NCBI GenBank assembly: GCA_035084275.1
Contig: CM068766.1
Span: 620,001-684,000, forward strand
Length of the DNA: 64,000 nt
From: Hydrolagus colliei
Taxonomy: Eukaryota
Direction of reading: 5' to 3'
Shown: positions 34,401 to 48,551 of the stretch, piece after piece
How the letters are laid out: every line of letters starts with the position of its first letter
Numbering within the stretch: position 1 is the first letter of the stretch
Made by a program: the position numbers and the translations under genes
The notes under the pieces: generated by a model
The model's input: only the letters and a program-made list of their open reading frames with translations
Database searches by the model: none
What the model was told of the DNA's origin: nothing

Positions 34401-36380
34401 TCACCCTGAGGTGTTTTTTTGGTTGAGGTGTGTGTGTGTGTGTGTGTGTGTGTGAAATACAGGGAAGCGATTCTGGGTCTGTCAATCATTCGCTTGTTCT
34501 GACCCAAACTAGCAAATGTGTGGAAGGCAGGATGATGGAAGTCTCGAATTGTTGAGACTTTCAAAATATTTTTCTTTCTTTCTTTCCTTCGCGGACGTCG
34601 TTTGAGGAAGGGGACTGGCACGGCTCCGATTGCCCCCACTCTACTGCCAAAACAAAGCTGCCAACTCTCAATGCCTCACGCGTGAGGAATGATGGTTTGG
34701 GCAAGACACCAGAAAGTGACTGACTGGCTCAGCAACTCAACTCTTGTAGACCTCAGTAGGAAAAAGTGTAGTTGAGAAGCAACTTACTAACGGACTCGAT
34801 TAAAATGTCGATTAATCATCCCAGGAAAATAATAGTAATAATCTTTGCATTTGATATTGCGCCTTATCATGCAGTTGAGATGTCTCAAAGAGCTTCACTG
34901 AATATACCGTAAATTGGATTGACTGTATTTTGTAGGTGAAATGCGGCAGCCAATTATATTTAGAGGAACGGTGACCAGGACACCAGGGGAAACTTGCTTC
35001 GTTTCTCAAGTAGTGCTGTGGAACCTTTACGGGGTACACGGAGAAAAGGTGTGGGAATGTGGGTATTTTGTGGGAGAGATTCCAGATAAATCTGACTCCC
35101 GACCCAGTGAGCGAGCGAGCGAACAAGCTCATTGCAATGTTCCTGCCTCAGCCAACATCCCATAAACCAAAACTGTCCACTTCAAGGTTAGCTGAGTCGG
35201 TTTGCTAGTAGTAAAGGTGCATTTTACGAGGTGAGGCGAAGGGAAGATTGATGGCTGAAAGGGTAGCGAATTGAATGAATCAAATGGACATAAATCTGGG
35301 GTGTTCTTGGCAATTATCGGGTGTTTTTTGGCTGGTGGAACAGCGCAGGTGAGTTATCACGGTCTCAGGAATATGGTTAAGAGCAGCTGTGGGGCAAGCG
35401 ATACAGTTCATGAATCCACTTTTTTGTTTGACTGATTATTTGGGGGGGGAAATGTTCCTTTTTTGAGACTCTTGATAGCTGCCCCGTGGAAAACAAAATT
35501 CACAATATTAAGGTAAAAATAATCCTTAAATTTGATAAATCTATCACGTCATCCAAACGCCTCAAAGCCCTTCATAGGATTTGCGCTAGTGTATATAGTG
35601 ACTGCGTATTTTTGTGGGCGCCAATGTGGCAGCCATTTTGCTCACCGCAGTGTCCCACACACAGCCATGAAGCGAACGAACATTCAAAAAAGAAAATTCT
35701 AGGGGATGGCTAGCCTGGAGAAACTTTTCCAATAGTGCCTTGGGATCTTCAAGGTCCAGTAGGAGGAGATGGGAGGCGAGGTGAAGGGAGTGAGGAAGGG
35801 AGTTCCAGAGCCTCGGGGTGAAGTGGCTGAAGGCACGGCCGCCGATGGGTGGAATGCAGGATTCGAGGGACAAAGAGGAGACCAGACCCGGTAGAGCAAA
35901 GGCAACGGGGTACTGTTTTTAGAAGAGAGGAGGTCGGGGGGTGCAGAGGAATGGAGGGATTTGTAAACAAGAGGAATGTCAGCCTAGATGTTGCGAGTTC
36001 CAAGTTCTGATGTAAGACTTGAATGCACAGCCTTCTGACTCCGAGGTGAGATTACTACTGTACTGATTGATCAAGGCTGACAATAGAGAATGATGAGATA
36101 AACTGTTCAGCTTTCAAGGCAACAGGATGAAAATTGGCACAGCGGTGTCCCTCAAACGGACATTGAGTGACCAAATTATGTGATTTATTCAAAGGGATGA
36201 TTAGCCCCCCGAAACAAGTGATCCAGCGCTCGCCAGCCCACTAAACAACTTGCCATCTCCTGACAGTGGTCTCTGCCCCCACACTCTGGAACTCCATCCC
36301 ACAGTCCCTTCGCCTCGCTCCCTCCCTTGCCTCCTTCAAGGCCAGGCTCAAGACCCGTCTCTTCGACTGTGCCTTCTGCT

Positions 36381-36501
36381 GCCCTCCCAACTCTCTCCCT
36401 CCTCTCCTAACTCTCTCCCTCCCCTCCCAACTCTCTCCCTCCCCTCCTAACTCTCTCCCTCCCCTCCCAACTCTCTCCCTCCCCTCCCAACGCTCTCCCT
36501 T
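36381..36501. repeat. 20-bp pyrimidine-rich minisatellite (CCCTCCYAACTCTCTCCCTC) x~6 inside an L2 tail
   Basis: Direct reading. Confidence 0.85.
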
Positions 36502-37057
36502 CCTGACTGTTCAGTGCCTTCGGACGTCCTCCCGATGTGAAAGGCGCTCTATAACTAAATGTCATTTTGTTGTTGTGGTGGGTGGTGGTTCTGAGCCGAT
36601 CTCCCACCACCGTCATCAGACACTAGAACGGTTTGCGTGCAAGTGAAGCTCGTTAGCTTGAGGCAACCGGTCCCCCCCCCCCACCACCCACTCCTCCTCC
36701 CTCTCCCCCCTCCACCCCCCCCACTTCTGCCAGCCAGTGCTCGCATGCAGCAATGGGAGGAGGAAGCCTTTGTAACACGAACGGCTTTGAGTTCCACTGC
36801 GTGCCCTGATGTGCAGCCTCGCCTCACGCTGAGCTGTAAAGTGCCGCACATTTCACTGTTTACATTTCTGCCTTTTGATCTCTCCCGCCTTCTACCGTCG
36901 GCACGAAAGGGTCCGTCTAATCGAGATCAGCCGCTCGAACCTCCAGCCCCGAAACCCCAGGCCGTCCTGGCAGACGGACCGTGGGGGCATGAGTAAAAAA
37001 AAAAAAAAAAATTGTAGTCAAACTAAAGCAGCTGTTTTTTTGTGTGTATGTGTAGGT

Positions 37058-37100
<43 letters not shown>

Positions 37101-37494
37101 AAATGCAAACTACATGGCTGACCATGTGCTAACTGTTAAGAGATCTGTTAGCAGACGCACACTGCGTTTGGGAAGGTTGATCCTGTGAAACGGTTCCTAA
37201 CAGAGGGAACATGGTCCGCTTGGCCTACCCAGTTCAATAAACGCGGTTCAGTCGGTCGGCGGCACGCGGCGGCAGGTCGGGCATAGAGGGAAACGGGTTC
37301 ACGTTTCAGGTCTATGACCTGCTGTCTCTCCATAGATGCCGCCTGAACTCCTGGGGGGCTATTCTGCGGTATTTTGCCTTAGTACACGCGGTCAAATTTG
37401 CTTTGGAGTGTATCCTGTGAAGCGTTTTGAGACGTCTCGAAGAAGTGCTGAGGCGCTATATCAAATGCAAGGATTGTTTTTAAAAATGTTTAAA

Positions 37495-37790
37495 AATCCT
37501 TGCATTTGATCTAGCGCTTTTCACATCTTATCGACGTCCCAAAGCGCTTCACAGAATATACTGTAAAGTGAATTGACTGTTTATTTGTGGGCAAAACGCG
37601 GTCCCACAAATAGTCGTGGATTGAAATGACCAACTTTATTATTATGGCTTCTTTTGAGGGAATATTATTAGGCGTGTGTGTGTGGAGTAAGGAAACTTGC
37701 CCGAGGTTTCGCGCTGACCTGCCTGGATTCGAACACAGGTCTCACACTTGTAAGGCGAGCATTCTAACCACTGAGCTACAGGAGCTCCAC
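37495..37790 (-). mobile_element. SINE copy, same family
   Basis: Near full-length reverse copy. Confidence 0.87.
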
Positions 37791-39114
37791 AATAGGATGA
37801 AATACTCCCGGGGAGTGTCGAACGACATTTACCTAAACAGGTCCATAGAGGGGACCTCAGTTTAACATCTCACCCGAAGGACAGCAACTCCCAACTATGC
37901 AGTGTCACCCCCAATTCCTCACTGGAATGTCAGCCTGGATTGATACTTCAAGTACAACTCTGGTGGGATGAGTTTTGCAATTTTGGAGCAAAACAAAAGA
38001 AGAAGATGGTTCGGGGGGAAGATTAATGATGCTTTAAAATGGTTTCGATCAACGATTTGCTGGTGCGTTCGCAACCCGTAGATAGAAGGCATTCACCCGT
38101 GAATTCAGAGCGGTGTCTCGGAGTCAAGAGCAATGAATACAGGTAATTGGTGTGTGAGATGGGGATTGACGGCCAGCCAGACGGACTGTTAATGGTCGTT
38201 TCCAAACCTCCACATTCCTGAGCACGTTTCCCTGTATGTAATGAAGCACAGGAAGCAAAACGCATCGACTGAGAATCCATTGGAACCAGCAGACTTTGGC
38301 TGCAACTGAAACAATTGCTGAGATCCGTTCGGTGATAGATGTCAAAGGTTTCAGCATTTAGTCTGGCGGCACTGGAATAATAATGACTCTCTTAACCAGG
38401 TTTAAGACCTTCTCCTCTCCCCCCCCCCCCCCACACCCACCTCCCACCTCCACACCCACCTCCCACCTCCACCCCTCTACAAAGTTTCCAATCACCAATG
38501 AAACCTTGAGCAACATTTCTCAAGCTTACTGCGTCCAGCAATCACCTCAGCCTTCGTTGGAAATGAATTAAGTGCCACCAGACAGAGTGTGTATGTGTGT
38601 GGGGGTGTGTGTGCAAGCCATAAATGTCTGTTCCTTGCAGGTCAGGTAACCCTGAGACCTCTCTGGTGATCATTTCCACCCTAAAGAGCTGAAATGTCAA
38701 GTGGCGGAAACGTGTTTAAAATGAAAGCCCCGCACTTCGAAACGGCCGGGGTGGAAATGCAACACTCCCTGGAAGAGGATTCCTTACTCCTCCCTAATTG
38801 CCAGTTCAGTGTCTCCCATTCCTCTGGTTTTATTAGTTGCTTGTGGCTGTGGATCGCCAGGTACGAGCTTTTCAGTGGATGTTTTGGAGAATTTGTTTTA
38901 CGGCTTTGCAGAACTGAACACTTTTTACTGGTATCCAGACTCCGTCCGATACATTACAATGTCCTCAAAGCTATTCCTGCTGTTTGCATTTGGTTGATTA
39001 AAGGTTTATATCCTTGACAGTGACTATTATATGGAATACAAAATACCTGGAAGGGCTACCAGGCTGCCAAGCAGTCTGGGGAGAGGGGCAAGGGCAAGGA
39101 ACGACAACAAGGAC

Positions 39115-39590
39115 AAAAACAAAATCACATATTGTATAGGGAGTACGTCCCACGGCGCTGGACAGGCTCATTTCGAACCTGAGCTGGGAGTCAGGATTGG
39201 GGAGGGTGAAGCGCACGAGGGGGGAAGGAGGCTGATCGAAAGCACGGTCAAAGAAGATGGTCTTGAGGTGGGTAGGGGGTAGTGAGGCCACGGAGGACTT
39301 TGAAGGTGAGGGCTAGGATCTGGACATGTATCCTCCGTGTGATGGGAAGCCAGTGGAGCTGGGCGAGGGTGGGAGTGATAGAGCCATGGACACTATGCGG
39401 GACAGGACATGGGCTACAGAGTTCTGGATGATCTGCAGCCTGTATTGGAAGGAGTTGGGGAGTTTGCAAGAAGTTTGCGTAGTCAAGCCAGGATGTTATG
39501 AATGCACGGATGAGGGTTTTGGCGACCTGCGGTGTGAAACAGTGGCGGAGCAGGGCAATGTTGAGCAGGTCATGGCACGGATGTGGAAGA
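39115..39590 (-). mobile_element. L2-clade LINE 3' fragment (internally deleted)
   Basis: Degenerate ORF2 peptides ITPTLAQLHWLPITRRIHVQILALTFKVL and LKTIFFDRAF. Confidence 0.8.
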
Positions 39591-40404
39591 GAGTCTTTGC
39601 AGCATTTTCAATAGAATTGAACGTTGAAGCGCTTCAAGGTGCGTAAATTCTGCAAAGCGCTTTGAGACGTCTCGAAGAATTGATGAGATGCTACATCAAA
39701 CTCAAGTATTATTATTATTAGATAAGAAATGGAGTTGTAGATCTAACACCCTGGCAGTAGAGGCCTAATGGGCTGACTAGTTTCTTCCTATTTCCTACAG
39801 GTTCGCGCAAGTTGGGATCAATCTCTCATCTCACCAAGTAGTTAACATATTCATTGATGTTCAGACCGATGTTAAATACTGCTGGAGAATTTTTGCAAAT
39901 TGCCGTGTAAGAGGAACAGGCAAAATACTTTCACTCACTCAGTGTTATCGTCGGTTTCCAATTTCCGGAGGAGCTCTCTTGTTCTAACGTGGCGATGATC
40001 AAGTTCATGTCCATCAATCATTTGGAGCGTCGATGCTGTTGGCTTGTTACGACGCCACTGTTCCCGTCAATCCCCCCACCTGACGAACGAGTCAGGACCG
40101 ACCAAGGCCTTCCTCGCACAATACAAAGGAAACCTGGTTCTTATTAAACCCCTTGGCTGGCGCTCAGCTCCTGAGCCACTCAGCAGCACGAATTCTCCCC
40201 AAATTTCGAGCTCTCTTCGCATTCGAACAAGTCGCTTCAATTTGCCTTCTCGAAGGAGAGAATCTCGGGCTTTTTTTTAAATTACATTTCGTAACGCGTC
40301 CTCCCCCCCCCCCCCGGTCTTTTGTCTCAATGCAGCCGGCAAGGAATTGTACTGACGTGATGGTTAAAATATACTGGACTCGTAGGGAAGATTTTATAAG
40401 AATG

Positions 40405-40722
40405 ATAATAATAATCCATGCATTTTGCTGCAGCGCTTTTCACATCTTAGCGACGTCTCTAAGCGCTTCACAGAATATACCTTAAAGTGAATTGATTGTA
40501 CATTTGTGGGCAAAACGCGGCAGCCAATTGCGCACAGCAGCGTCTCCCACAAACAGTCGTGGATTGAAATGATCAATTTTTATGATTGTGTTTGTTTTTG
40601 GAGGGATTGTTATTTGGTGCGTGTGTGTGTGTGGAGTAAGAAAACTTGCCCAAGGTTTCGCCCTGACCTGCCTGGATTCGAACGCTTGTTAAAAGGCGAG
40701 CGCTCTCACTACTGAGCTCCAC
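40405..40722 (-). mobile_element. SINE copy, same family
   Basis: Near full-length reverse copy. Confidence 0.87.
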
Positions 40723-43700
40723 ACTTGTTGAGTCGGCGAGGCATTTATTTTCCTCATTGGGAGATATCTTCGTCCCCGGAAATCTGGGTGGCTCACAGAC
40801 AGATGTACCTCTCTGTCCCCGTCTCCCAGAGGATGGGATCAGACAGGAATTCTGATGGGCCCTTATTGTGGCTAGGAGCAGGGAACTGAGGCTCCATTTA
40901 CAGCGTTGGGCAAGACGTAGAAAAGAAAACAAACTCTGGGATGTTAAATTGTTGGCATTAGATTACTGGCGTCGGTCTTTCATGTTTTGTTTATTTTTAG
41001 TACTCTTTTTAATGAGGTATTTTCCAACCTTCCGTGTCTCGGTCTCGGTTCTGAAACCAGAAACGGCAGCAGCTTTTATGAATGCTCCGTTCCAAAGGAA
41101 GTCTTGCTTCAAGGGTCTTGGGATAGCGCATTTGTTCTGCTGCTCCTTAGGAATAATAGTAACGACGATGAGAATAATAATAATAATACACCTGACTTTT
41201 GATACAGCGCCTTATCATGTCTTTGAGACATCGCGCAAGGGCTTCACAAAATGTACCGTATTGTGAATTGATTGTATACTTTGTGGGCGAAAGTACCTGG
41301 CAGCCAATTGCGCACAGCGGTGTCCCACAAACAGTCTAAATAACAAAATACCCTTTTCTCTATATACCCCTTAATGTTTTTACCTCCACTATTCAAAAGA
41401 TGTGGCTGCCTGCTACCCTGCTACCCTGCTACCCTGCTACCCTGCGTAAAGGGCTTTGTATAAGTGTGAGTTGTTGTTGTTGTTACCTCCTGAGTATCCA
41501 TCCATCTCCTTTTTAAGCATCACAATGGATTCACGCGCCCCCCCCCCCCCCCCCCCCACCCCACTCCCCCATGACAATTTCTCTCCCTTCCTCTTCTGCT
41601 GAAAGTGATTAATTTTCAGGTCTACAGACTGTGACACTCCATCCAATGCTTTATCCAATATAAGTATCTTTAATTGAATGCGTTGTATAGTCTCACGTGG
41701 AGGAGCTGACTCCTGCTATTGACTCGTTGATTGACATTCTGGTTAGCTTTTCCCCCCCCCACCACTTTCCTAAACGTCTCTAATAAAAAAAAACAGTCTT
41801 GAAAACCAACATTTACCATGGATCAAAATAAACGGGCTTAGTTAGGTCTGTTGTTAATGGCAATGGAATATTTCCTAAAGCACTGTGTAACCATCATAAT
41901 TTACGGACTGTATATTACTCAGACGGTCTGGAAACACAATATTGAAAGACTTCCATTTGAAATTGAAGCGTCTGACTTTACTGGTGTCTGGCCTTCAACA
42001 ATAAACAAGCTTCTCAACACCCTGCTTAGATTGATTCGCTCGGAGAGAGGAATATCCATTGACCCAGGAATGCTGCTATAAGTAGTTAACAAAGGAAATG
42101 TTTAATTACAAGCAGAGTGTCGGAGGCCAATAATAGTGTTAGACCCTACGGCTGTGCGCAATTGGCTGCCGCGTTTCACCCACAAAATGTACAGTCAATC
42201 AACTTATTATTACACTTTACAGTGTAATAATAACCACAATGATCCATGTGTTTGATCTAACGCCTTACCATGTCTTCAGTACGTCTCGAAGCGCTTCACA
42301 GAATATACTGCAAAATGTGGTGACCCTACATTTTGTGGGCGAGATGCAGTGGCCAATTTGCTTAAGCCGCATGCCACAGCATCCACGTACCCTCAGAACC
42401 AGGAACCTTGGCTGAATTGATGTCTCCCTAACCAAGGACTTGTTATGGGCAGTTGCGCTGGCTCAGATCAGGTGAACCGTGGACATTTACAGCACAGAGG
42501 ACAGCCATCTAACAAAGCCTTTATCCCAAACCGCATCAAAGTCTTGACTCATGACTGTGGCCTTCTCCCGCATTGTTTGATTCATCTCACCCTGTGACAA
42601 GATACGCTCTTTATCTCTTCCCGACACATCCGGAGAACATCAACTCTTGGACTCGGGAGAATTCCCGATTCCAGTTCTGTAAATCTCCCGTGCATTCCGT
42701 TGGATTGAGCTCAGCTCCATATCACCCAAACCTGTTCCAGATTTTTGCAATCTTAAGCGAAGCTGTTAAACGCATCGGAAAAAAAAACACACACACAACA
42801 ATCCTCGCCAGTGAGCCAGAGACCACAATATCAAACTGTCTCAAAGTGCTTCACAAAACCTTGCTGTTAAACAGAGAGAGAGAGAGACGTATATTTGCAG
42901 TCAAAGGTAGCAGCCAATTTTATCGCAGCACGCCTCACAAACAGCCATAAAGTGAGCCATTAGTACAGAGCTTTGCTGGCTGGGACAGTTTTATGTGGAT
43001 GGATTTATGACATGAACAATTGTGCGCAAACTGGCTACCGTGTTCACCTTATAGACCACGCAGTAACTACACTTTTACGGTGAATGAGGTGTCTCAATGA
43101 TGCGATGGGGGCGCTGTAACAAACAGTCACTGCACACGGCAGCGATCGGGTGAAGCACTCCGAGACGTTTTGGATGTTCCAGGCCCCGTAAAACCTCCCG
43201 AGTCTCTTTCTTTCCAATCATCCGTGTTTGCCGAATAGCCTTCGGGTTGGGTTAAGCCTTGGAAAGTGGAAGATTTGACGGCTTGCCCTGGGTTTTGTTT
43301 TGAAACAGATCCCTCCAATGTACAAACAGTGTCTCCGTCTTCAATAACCCGTGTGGAAGGCGCGAAGCATAAATCAACCCTTATTCCTTCGCCACGAGGT
43401 CCAGATTAAACACCATTCCATTCCTTGCAAAAACCGCTAAATAGTTTCGTGGTAGCATAAGTACTTTTGAGCCCAGCCACAGAGTTTCCCCCACCCACCC
43501 CCCGTCCCCCCACCCCACCCCCCCCCGGCCAACGAGGACAAAGAGGTTTGTTCAGGTTCGAAATAATGAGGAAAGCAGAATACTCTCGTGCTCTTGGAAT
43601 AAACATCCCCCCGGGGGCCCGCTTGTCAACCTCGTGTCAGATTTATTAAGACTTTTTTTGCGAATGTCGAAACATTAATCGCTTCGGTTTTCGTTTGCTT

Positions 43701-44567
43701 CCCGAAATGGCGCAACCTCGTTACAATCCCCCCCCCCCCCCCGGTATTTTAATCCCGTGCTCGTGCGTCGACACGTTGACACACTTTGCGTCCCGATTTG
43801 AACGGTGGAGGAGACGGAGAAGGATATTTTTTGAAAATGGCTTCCTTTTTGCGGCACCGTGCTTTCTCTGTCTGTCCGTCCGTCCGTCCGTCAGTCGGTT
43901 GGTCTGTCTGTCATTTTTTTCTCCCACCCCCCCCCCCCCCTTTCCCAGATATTTTTCAATAAGGCTGCCAGCTGAGGGAACCTGTGTAAGGGAGGCGATC
44001 ATCTTAAAATCAGAGCAAAACCAGTTCAGTAATGAGACCCCAAAGCATCTCTTCACACTGGGGTGTGACAGTGTAGAAGGCACAAAACACAGCTAAAGCA
44101 AAATCATTTGCGGTGTTTAAAAGAGAGATAGAGGCTCGGGAAGTAAGGATACTATTCCTAAGCCTTGGGACATCTTCCCGGCGTGAAAGGCACTCTATCA
44201 GTGTAATTTTGTTGCTGATGTTGTTGTATCAGTAGGATCGGTCAATCGTATTTTCGAGGCGAATAATTTGTTCAATGGTGGTGGGGGGGAAAGTCAAGTA
44301 CAATTTAAACCCGAACCCCAGGTCTGAGTCAATTGGTGTGAACTGAGAACATCCTGGGTTCATATCCCTGTCTGGACTGTATGAGCTTGTCTCAGCAGTC
44401 AGGACTGGGTTTGGGAAGGGGAGAGACTGTAGGCAACTGGCGAGGGCTGAAGGTTGCGTTGAAATGATTTCTCCATTATGGCGCAGCCTGCAGTGAGAGA
44501 GTGCGACTTCCATTCCAACAATCTATTTCTGGAATTTCCACAGGTCGGATAAAAATAATAAGAGTGG

Positions 44568-44890
44568 TAATAATCCTTGCGTTTGATACAGCGGCTTTTC
44601 ACATCTTATTGACGTCTCAAAGCGCTTCACAGGATAGACTGTAAAGTGAATTGACCGTATGTTTGTGGGCAAAACGAGGCAGCCAATTGCGCACAGCAGC
44701 GTCCCCCCACAAACAGTCGTGGATTGAAATGACCAATTTTTATTATTGTGTTTTTTTTTGGGACGGATTATTATTAGGTGTGTGTGTGTGTGTGTGTGGG
44801 GGGAGTAAGGAAACTCGCCCAAGGTTTCGCCCTGATCCGCCTGGATTCGAACACAGGTCTCACGCTTCTAAGGCGAGTGCTCTAATCACA
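44568..44890 (-). mobile_element. SINE copy, same family
   Basis: Near full-length reverse copy. Confidence 0.87.
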
Positions 44891-47800
44891 GGATGCATGG
44901 GAATCTCAGTTTGGTTTGGATACCCTCAAGCAAGGTGATGAGTTTACACGTGTTTCAGACACCCGGCTGCCCCCCCACACCCCACCCCACTCACCCGCGC
45001 CCCCAAAAAGGTAGGTGATTAACAAGCAACGGTTTGCTTACTCGAGAGAAACGCGATATCGCAAAGCCTGGTGAGATGTCTCCCTGCTTTGAAAAGGCAT
45101 AATATTAAATATAAGTTTTATTATTATATCCAGTGGTCAGGAAACAGAACCTGATTGTTTTGATTTAGACTGCCTTAAATTCACACCTCATTCACACCTC
45201 ATTCCAAGTAATCATGTAAATTCACACTTCATAAGGAATCCCGGTTTTACCTTGATCAGAGGAAAGTCAGTGAGGTGTGAAAGGACCTAATCACTCGTGG
45301 ATCCAGGTACGATGGGGCGGGAGCTTTAGCGAGCAGTATTATAATAATAATCAAGACCTTCCTCTTCGATCGCGCCTTCGGCCGCCCCCCCCCCCCCACC
45401 CCCCCTAACTCTTCCCCCTCTCCCACTCTCCTTCCCCTTCCCCGTACCCTGACCCTCCCTCCTCTGCTCGGGTCCCGACCTGATAGTTCAGCTCTTTGGG
45501 ACGTCCTCCCGACATGAAAGGCGCTATATCAATGTAATTTTGTTGTGGTTGTTGTTGTTGTTGTTGTAATAATCATGATGTGAATTGAAAATTAATCCTG
45601 AGCAAAAAACAATCTGAATTCCGGAAATCCACAGACAGTGAGGAGCTGAAATTCAACCTAGTCTTAGGCTGCAAGACAATCAAATCATAGAATCTTACAG
45701 CACAGAAAGAGGCCATTCGGCCCAACGTGCCTTTGCCAACTCTTTGAAACAGCTACCCAACTAGTCCCACTCATCCAGCGCCCTGCACATTTTTCCTATG
45801 CAATTGTCTTTTGAAAAACAGCAGCAACGAAATTATATTTGTTTCACGTCCCAAGGCGCTGTACAGTCAGGGGTCAGGGCCCGAGCATGAGAGTGAGAGG
45901 AGGCGAGTGCGGAGGGGGTGGGGGGGGGGCAGGGTTGGGATGATCCAGGGCGGAGAGTTAGGACTGCGACTGAAAGCATGGTCGAAGAGGAGGGTCTTGA
46001 GATACGTCTCGAAGGAGGCAAGGGAGAGAGCAAGGCAAAGGGATCGCGGGATGGAGATCTGAAGCGTAGGGGCACCCTTTGAAGGCTATGGTTTTTTAAA
46101 TTTTTCATTAAAGTTGCAACCGACTCGCAAACTAAGACAGAGTTTTTAAACGTAAATTTGAACGCAGGATTGTGTGGTCGGTCTGACAGGCCATGACTCG
46201 GTGGAATTTGGGGCCTTCGAAGCGGTTAACGTCTCAACGGAACTCAGAGGTTGTGATGTTAGTGTCGATTTTATGATGTACAAGAGTGTGTACAGGACCT
46301 TGGCCCAACAAAGATGGACTTCTTTACATGAGAACCAGCACTCACAGCCGAGGTTGCCACTCCATTGCAATAGTGGGGGCGGGTGCTGCATTGACAGAGG
46401 TTCAACAACAACTATGTTTCTTACAAGAGAATTCACAATCCCACAAATGAAATTGCTTCCTCACTTCATTGTTGTGTGCCAATTGTCTGCCGTGTGCATT
46501 TCCGCAACACACAGTCACTTTATCCTCTGGGATCTCCTGTGTTCCCACTCGGCTGCCTTTCCTGGTCCTCAACGTCTCTGCTTTCAAATCCCTTCCATCT
46601 CTTCAACCAACAACTTTGACCACCTCTCCACCTCCCTCCTAACCACCGTCTCCCACCCTCTTCACGCATTCACTTGATCTCCCTGAAGCCCTTGGCTTGT
46701 GAGATTTTTTTTTCGCTCACGCGAAAGGTCCTGTTTGCTTAAGTGCGAGTTATTGTTGACAACTGTAATTGCCTGTGAAGCGCTTTGAGGTGTTTTGACG
46801 CGCAAAAGACCTACCAGTCCTCAACGCTCTCTCTTTGCAATCACTCCTCTGACCTTCTCGCAGCGTGTTTTCCCGTTAAAAAAAGAAGTAAGTATTGCAC
46901 CAGCCAGACGCTTTCCCAGCCAAGGTGAGTGAGGATCGAGCCAAATGTATGGTTTATGTCGCTGTCTAGATCCACAAGGAGAGGCAGGTTTATATTTGAA
47001 ACCTGTGAGTTCCTCCGTCCTTCCAGAAACTTTTTACTGTGCTGTGATAATTAGCCCCCGTGCCCCCTAATTAGCAACCGATCCCCAGTGAGAAAGGCTA
47101 AGTCACTTCCAACCACACATTCCAGCTTTAATCGGGTTCCTTTTGCTGAAGGATGCACTGTCAGACGGAGGTGGAGTTGGTCTGTATGGATACTCTTAAG
47201 TCCGAGGATAGGTTTATACGTGGTGGGGGTTCTTAGCAAATTTAGGCTAAGACGTCCCTCACTTACTCGGTGAGGCTGGAGATCGCGCGCGAGGAATTAG
47301 AACGATGACGCGGTACGGTTATTGATGTCTCTTTATTTTAGTTGCCGGGAGACGACGAAATGCTTTGCGACTGCGAGCGTTCAATACCACCTTCCGATAA
47401 ATCTGGCAGCAGGCTTTATATGCATCACTGGGCACCTTACACAACTCTTGAATATCTACTTAGCGCTCAACCCGACTGCCGGGGTCTCTGGATAATTGTA
47501 TAAAAAATTGCTCTATTTAAACAATAAGGGAAAGCATTCGTTTGTATGATCCGCAGAGGAGTCATGTTTTCTTTCTGCCAAGGAGACGGACGTGAACGCA
47601 GAAGATTTATGCTCGTAGAGAGAGGGAATAGGTTAGTGACCCCCACATGGTTGTCTACGAAGAGCAGGAGATGAGAGGGGAACGGTATGCGGTATGAAGG
47701 AAATGTCATTTGGAGACTGAAGTAAAAAAAAAACTATTCACAAACGCACATACCAGCTCAGCATCTTTTCCTCTGTTACTATCAGACGAGACAAAAGCAG

Positions 47801-48223
47801 AGTTTACAAATCCAGACTGTCTGGACTGATGGATCCAACTCTACCCCATTTGCTCTTACAAAGTCCCCTCCACCCCCACCCTCCCCTCCCACCCCACGCC
47901 GGCCCTCGCCTGCTCGTTCCTCACTCCCTCCATCCCACCATCGCTGGTCGAACCCTCAGCCACTCAGCCCTGTTCACTGGAACTCTTACCCCTGCCACCC
48001 CAAACCCTAAAAAAGTCAATATTTTAGCTCTGCCGTTACCAAGGCCATCAAACCCTCTCCTTTCCTCTCTTCCTAGGGGCTTCTCGTTCTCATCGAGAAG
48101 TGTTTTGAGGACTCCAGGTGTATGTTCCCTTGTCTACTGAAGTGAAACTCCTTGCTCTTTTTGAACAATGACAAGCTTACAGCTCTTATGCCTACCGACG
48201 TGAATCAAGTGTAATTCCTTGGT

Positions 48224-48551
48224 GGGAGTTCTGTAGCTCAGTGCACTCCAACAGCCTTACAAGCATGAGACATATATTGAAATCCAGGCAGGTCAGGGGC
48301 GAAACCTTGGGCAAGTTTCTTTACTACACACCCACACACACACACATAACAATAATCCCTCCCAAAAATATACAATAGTAAAATTGGCCATTTCAATCCA
48401 CAACTGTTTGTGGGGACACTGCTGCGCGCAATTGGCTGCCGCGTTTCGCCCACAAATATACAGTCACGTCACTTTACAGTATATTCTGTGAAGCGCTTTG
48501 AGACGTCTAGAAGATGTGAAAAAGCGCTATATCAAATGCAAGGATTATAAT
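48224..48551 (+). mobile_element. SINE copy, same family
   Basis: Near full-length forward copy. Confidence 0.87.

Noticed and set aside
36381-36501. Regularly spaced short repeats (CRISPR-like spacing)
   Set aside because: There are no unique spacers; this is a eukaryotic minisatellite inside an L2 tail.
46174-46677. 167-aa ORF
   Set aside because: Starts at GTG, has no recognisable domain or splice context, and overlaps degenerate repeat-like sequence.
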